The translations under genes were made by a program, and so were the position numbers. From Leptolyngbyaceae cyanobacterium (lineage in GTDB: Bacteria > Cyanobacteriota > Cyanobacteriia > Phormidesmidales > Phormidesmidaceae), in the NCBI GenBank assembly GCA_965263355.1, contig CBDHHL010000036.1, forward strand, positions 1-18,196: a stretch of 18,196 nt of DNA. The letters run 5' to 3'. The notes under the pieces were generated by a model. That model saw only the letters and a list, made by a program, of their open reading frames with translations, did not search any database and was not told the origin of the DNA. Shown here in pieces: positions 14,125-18,196 of this stretch (its first letter is position 1; each line of letters starts with the position of its first letter).

Positions 14125-14643
14125 GTGGGCGGGAAACCAATTAATTGGCCTCATTGGCGAAAGGAGTTTGTGCAAGGCGGGGACGAGATCACCCTGACAG
14201 CTTTATCTAAGCGTCCGCATTCACCTGCGCTACAGACATTTAAGAATAAGTCCGCCGAAGAGAACTGGGACGAACAGCGTAAGCGTTATCGGCGTGAGCT
14301 GGAAAGTCGAGGTGCCTATGATTCTGCGAAAGACGAGATTAAGCCCGAAATTGCTGCTGCCATTGATCGGACGGAGAAGATAATTGACACCGCCGAGATG
14401 CTTACTCAACACAATGCGATCGCTAAAGCATTGATCGGGATAGGTGCTGCGGGCATTAAGGAATTTCAGCTAAATAATTTTGCTAAGGCAAAACAGATGA
14501 AGCCCCGAGAGCTTTTAGAATTCGCTAAGTTTGGCATAGAAATGCAGCGCATTATCGAAGGCATGGCCACCAGCAAAACAGAAATAGATTTCAAGGGCAT
14601 GTCTGACGCGGAATTAAACGCAATTATCGATGGCGACACTTAG
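14125..14643 (+). CDS. terS: Terminase small subunit
   Basis: N-terminal HTH-like NWPHWRKEFVQG...TLTALSK...ENWDEQR, a helical body, and a C-terminal EIDFKGMSDAELNAII. It overlaps the TerL start. The start is probably GTG at 14125 (track 14098). Confidence 0.8.
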   Translation: MGGKPINWPHWRKEFVQGGDEITLTALSKRPHSPALQTFKNKSAEENWDEQRKRYRRELESRGAYDSAKDEIKPEIAAAIDRTEKIIDTAEMLTQHNAIAKALIGIGAAGIKEFQLNNFAKAKQMKPRELLEFAKFGIEMQRIIEGMATSKTEIDFKGMSDAELNAIIDGDT

Positions 14644-16153
14644 AGATCGGGCGCTAGCGGAGAAGGAACGGCGTAGGCGACTGCGGGAAAAAGAGACGGG
14701 AAATGGAGTTATCAAGCCCCCATGGCCAGAATTCGCTAGGCAGACTCGCATCAGATCAGGCCGCAACCTAGTTCTGTTTGACCCATATCCGTATCAAATA
14801 GCTTTTATTGAACAAGTAGAAAAGCACTATGGCACGGTTGCTATCAAGTCTCGGCAGATGGGATTTACTGAGACCATAGCTAATTACTTTTTATGGAAGG
14901 CCTTTAGAGATCCTGGCTACCTCTCCGTCATCTTTTCTAAAAACCAAAGCGATACAGCCAACATCGCTAAGCGTGTCCGCTTGATGATCTCATCAAGATC
15001 TGACCTATCCTTAGCAACTGACAGCCTTCAAGACTTAACACTAGTGGACGGAGGTCGGCTGTTATTTAAGCCAGCAACGCCCAATGCGGCAAGAAGTTTA
15101 GAATCTGTCTCAGACATATTATTTGATGAAGCAGCCTTTGTTGATGGGATTGAGGGCATCTATTCAGCTGCCATGCCATCAACAGAAATGCTAGGCGATG
15201 CCGCCAGAATAATTATTCTGAGCACTCCAAACGGACAATCTGGGTTTTATTGGGACCGAGTGAATGAAGCGAATGGGTCTATTAGCATTATTGAAGCCTG
15301 CCAAAATGCTCGGGTTGGTGAGCCGGTGAAATATTGGACTGACCAAGGGGGGTGGTGCAAGTTTTTAGCGCACTGGCGAGCCCATCCAGTTTATTCAAAA
15401 AAACCAGATTATCTGGAGGGTTTGGCAACGCAAAAGCGGATGCCAGCATCCAAAATTGAACAAGAATACGACTTAAGTTTCACTAAGTCTCAAGAAGGCA
15501 GGTTGATCAAGAAATTTGATGAGAACCGTCACGTATTGCGTGGCTTTGATTCAATACTCTGTACATATGACAATAAGCTGCCACTACATCTAATTTTCGA
15601 CTTCAACCGATCACCGGCTACGGCATTAGTAGGCCAGCAGCATACATCAGAGTTGAGAGTAATCTACGAATTTTGTCTTTGGGATTCAGATACCTTTGAA
15701 TTGGCTGAAAATGTTTGCCTATGGGTTAAAGAAATAGGTCATCAAGGCCCTTGCTATATCTATGGAGACGCTACTGGGCGCAATCCTAGCGCCAACAGCA
15801 GACAAACGAACTGGCAGATTGTATGGAGTAAGCTGGCCGCCCATGGGATAAGAGCATTTAAGCGCTACAAAAACTCAAATCCATCTGTTGCGGACAGTGT
15901 TTTGAGCCTAGAGTATGCGTTTGAGATAGACAAAGTTTTCATCAATGGCGAGGCTTGCCCCGAGTTGATAGCGGACTTAAACACTGTCAAGGGCAAGGAT
16001 GGAGGTATTGCTAAGATTGACAAGTCTGATCCTAAACGTACTCATTGGCTGGATGAATTAAGATACTGGGTGGACAGCCTCATGCCATATCGTGGCAATC
16101 AAGCCAACAGGCCACGCGAAGCCCGCCAACGACTAAAAGGAATTGTCAGCTAA
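14630..16153 (+). CDS. terL: Terminase large subunit
   Basis: Adenine-binding PYPYQ, Walker A KSRQMGFTE, Walker B ILFDEAAF, coupling motif IIILSTPNG, EQEY, and RNase H-like nuclease motifs LIFDFN, YGDATG and HWLDELRY. Confidence 0.96.
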   Translation: MATLRDRALAEKERRRRLREKETGNGVIKPPWPEFARQTRIRSGRNLVLFDPYPYQIAFIEQVEKHYGTVAIKSRQMGFTETIANYFLWKAFRDPGYLSVIFSKNQSDTANIAKRVRLMISSRSDLSLATDSLQDLTLVDGGRLLFKPATPNAARSLESVSDILFDEAAFVDGIEGIYSAAMPSTEMLGDAARIIILSTPNGQSGFYWDRVNEANGSISIIEACQNARVGEPVKYWTDQGGWCKFLAHWRAHPVYSKKPDYLEGLATQKRMPASKIEQEYDLSFTKSQEGRLIKKFDENRHVLRGFDSILCTYDNKLPLHLIFDFNRSPATALVGQQHTSELRVIYEFCLWDSDTFELAENVCLWVKEIGHQGPCYIYGDATGRNPSANSRQTNWQIVWSKLAAHGIRAFKRYKNSNPSVADSVLSLEYAFEIDKVFINGEACPELIADLNTVKGKDGGIAKIDKSDPKRTHWLDELRYWVDSLMPYRGNQANRPREARQRLKGIVS

Positions 16154-16173
16154 TCCATCAAGGGGAGGTAACA

Positions 16174-16542
16174 ATGAGCGCAGTAACTAACTTGATTTGC
16201 ACATACGGACTTTGCGCAAATGATCTTAATAATGAAAAGATCCTAGAAAAGATAAATGAATGCTGCCCAGCTTTTGGCAAGTTAACGCATATTGATAGCA
16301 ATACATTGCCAAACGGATGGTATGCCAATGGCAAATCTGCAGAAACCAATATTGCCATTGGCACGTTCAACCATCTAGATATCGACCAATGGGTAAAAAA
16401 TATTCGCGAAACTATCCCACTTATCGACGCCTTTGAGTGCGACTATCTGCAATTCATCGTAAGTGACGACAATTCAGAAGGCTTTGGGATAATCAATGTT
16501 TTATCGACAGAGCAATTCAACCCGTTCAAAGGATACTCCTAA
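16174..16542 (+). CDS. Hypothetical protein inserted between TerL and portal
   Basis: Strong GGAGG RBS, 122 aa, and visibly more AT-rich than its neighbours. Confidence 0.8.
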   Translation: MSAVTNLICTYGLCANDLNNEKILEKINECCPAFGKLTHIDSNTLPNGWYANGKSAETNIAIGTFNHLDIDQWVKNIRETIPLIDAFECDYLQFIVSDDNSEGFGIINVLSTEQFNPFKGYS

Positions 16543-16546
16543 CACT

Positions 16547-18196
16547 ATGCCACCCACCCTCAAACAACTTGTCCGACGTCATTCTGAGCATATGAAATAT
16601 GCAGAACAATGGATGCTGCTGTCTGCATTGGCGGAGGGTGGATGTGCGGTCGATGACAACGTAAAAAAGAAGTTACTCATTAATCCTGACGATGCAGAGC
16701 CCGAGGTTTATAACACTCGGATCAGACTAGCCCCCTACGAGCCTATTATGGGTTCAATCCTGATGAAGCTGGTTAGCCAAATAACTCAGGATCAAGCTAG
16801 TTATGAAGGCAGTACTGATTCATTCTGGGAAGATGAGTTTTTCCCTAATGGCGTACTCAGCGATGAGGAATCGGACCCCAGGCAATCGCTGCAGTCGCTG
16901 CTAATCAGAGAAATGCTACAGGGCTTGGTGCAGGGCAAGATGATTGCCCAGGTTGACACTGCATCAGCCGCAGGAGAAACTCTTGCAGAACAGCAGGCCA
17001 ATGGAGGCGACTCAGCCTATGTCGTGCTTAGAAGGAGGGAGGAATTATGGGACTGGGCAAGTGACAACCAGGGTTTAATTTACGCCAAGCTCCATACGTA
17101 TCGAGAGGAGAGGCCGTCCTGGGATGCTAAGCCTGTGCAGCTGCATGAATTCCAGATTTATCAACGCGAGAGTAACGGACAAATCACGACATCGGTCTAT
17201 ACCGTTCGCAACTCTCAGGATGACAAGGTCGTTGATTACAGTAGTATGCCTAGCTTTGGCTGGAAAGATTTGCTAGCGCTAAGCGAGAGCAATGCAGTTA
17301 TTGACGCGAAGGTGGAGAATCAACCAATCTTCTCTACCACATCAGGGCTATTCCGGTTCCCTGTCATCTGTCGTTCTATCCCGAAGCCATTGGTTATTGC
17401 TGATCAGCTGTTCGACCTGGTCAGATCTCACTATAACCACGTTGCCGGTGGTGAATGGGCATTGGTCCAAACTAATTACGCCATGCCTGTTTTTACTGGC
17501 GTAGACTACCCACACGAAGAGGGCAACAGCAATCCTGCACGATTTCAAAAAGCAGGCAATGGTTTCTGGTGGGAACTGCCGCCTGGAGTTGACTGCAAAT
17601 GGTTTGTTCGTCCTGGGAGTGACATCCAACTGAGTCTGGATTATCAGGACCGCCAAAAGCAAAAGATGCTGGATTTGGTTCATAAGATCGCTGAAACTGC
17701 GGCCAATGCTTATGCAATGCGGATGCAATCAGGTGAATCTAAAAAAGAAGGCAGGCGCGACCTGGATATATTGCTAGAAGTTTACGGGGAAGAACTCAGG
17801 GGCTTTGCTAAGTCGATTCTGGATGCCGCCTCAATTGTTCGCAATGAAGATACTGAGTGGAGTGTGAACGGATTCACCGACTACAACACCACTGGCCTAA
17901 TGGAGGCATTGCAGGAATACACAGCCCTGGATCAAGCTGGGATTGATAGCGATACACTGAAGCGTGAGAGCAGGATTGCGATTGCCAACAAAGCAGTGGC
18001 TAGTCTCAACCTATCGCCTACGATTGTGTCGGAGATCGCTGATGAGATTGGGGAAGATTCGCCATTTACGCTGCAGCCAGAGGGCATGAATGCATTGGTG
18101 CAATTGGCTGGGTCTAACTTGATATCTCCTGGTGACTTGCATCAGATATTCCAGAAAGCTGGCATTATCCCGCCTGACATGGATTTGATGGCGTTG
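16547..18196 (+). CDS. Portal protein (runs off the right edge)
   Basis: Not in the ORF track. The ATG at 16547 reads MPPTLKQLVRRHSEHMKYAEQW...EGG...YNTRIRLAPY...ELWDW...FPV...QSGESKKEGRRD..., open for 550 codons. It follows TerL, and the H-x-x-W / YxxR / SGxxK motifs are typical of SPP1-like/DUF4055-type portals. Confidence 0.88.
   Translation, partial: MPPTLKQLVRRHSEHMKYAEQWMLLSALAEGGCAVDDNVKKKLLINPDDAEPEVYNTRIRLAPYEPIMGSILMKLVSQITQDQASYEGSTDSFWEDEFFPNGVLSDEESDPRQSLQSLLIREMLQGLVQGKMIAQVDTASAAGETLAEQQANGGDSAYVVLRRREELWDWASDNQGLIYAKLHTYREERPSWDAKPVQLHEFQIYQRESNGQITTSVYTVRNSQDDKVVDYSSMPSFGWKDLLALSESNAVIDAKVENQPIFSTTSGLFRFPVICRSIPKPLVIADQLFDLVRSHYNHVAGGEWALVQTNYAMPVFTGVDYPHEEGNSNPARFQKAGNGFWWELPPGVDCKWFVRPGSDIQLSLDYQDRQKQKMLDLVHKIAETAANAYAMRMQSGESKKEGRRDLDILLEVYGEELRGFAKSILDAASIVRNEDTEWSVNGFTDYNTTGLMEALQEYTALDQAGIDSDTLKRESRIAIANKAVASLNLSPTIVSEIADEIGEDSPFTLQPEGMNALVQLAGSNLISPGDLHQIFQKAGIIPPDMDLMAL

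Larger units (their letters stand above)
1..18196. mobile_element. Internal segment of a siphovirus-like phage/prophage
   Basis: Terminase, portal, tail tube, chaperone and tape measure genes are present. There are no host housekeeping genes, integrase, sheath or att site in the window. Confidence 0.9.

Noticed and set aside
16801..17728. ORFs 16801..17001, 17292..17504, 17348..17728 and 17493..17717
   Set aside because: They are shadows inside the portal reading frame that starts at 16547.

Overview
This window is an 18.2-kb internal segment of a temperate siphovirus-like phage or prophage. The host is probably a cyanobacterium: I found four HIP1 GCGATCGC sites and a cyanobacterial-style secreted protein. 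The left part (minus strand, 1-5410) is a tail module: neck/tail-completion genes, major tail tube protein, a tail assembly chaperone with a clear -1 frameshift (A_AAA_AAG), and a tape measure gene running off the left edge. The right part (plus strand, 14125-18196) holds terminase small subunit, terminase large subunit, an inserted hypothetical gene and a portal gene running off the right edge. Head and tail modules therefore point away from each other. Between them lie regulatory and accessory genes: RHH and XRE-type HTH regulators, an HTH/GIY-YIG (T5orf172-like) fusion and divergent sigma70 promoters. The most interesting element is a leftward operon divergent from TerS. It encodes a ParB-N6/N4 DNA methyltransferase, a ParB-DUF4417 protein, and two otherwise unrelated proteins that share an MGRSSGGGGRS N-terminal leader. 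The second leader gene is preceded by an orphan copy of the DUF4417 3' end that differs only at synonymous sites. This suggests a packaging-linked enzyme plus interchangeable Gly/Arg-tagged cargo cassettes. All family assignments come from reading motifs by eye, with no database searches.
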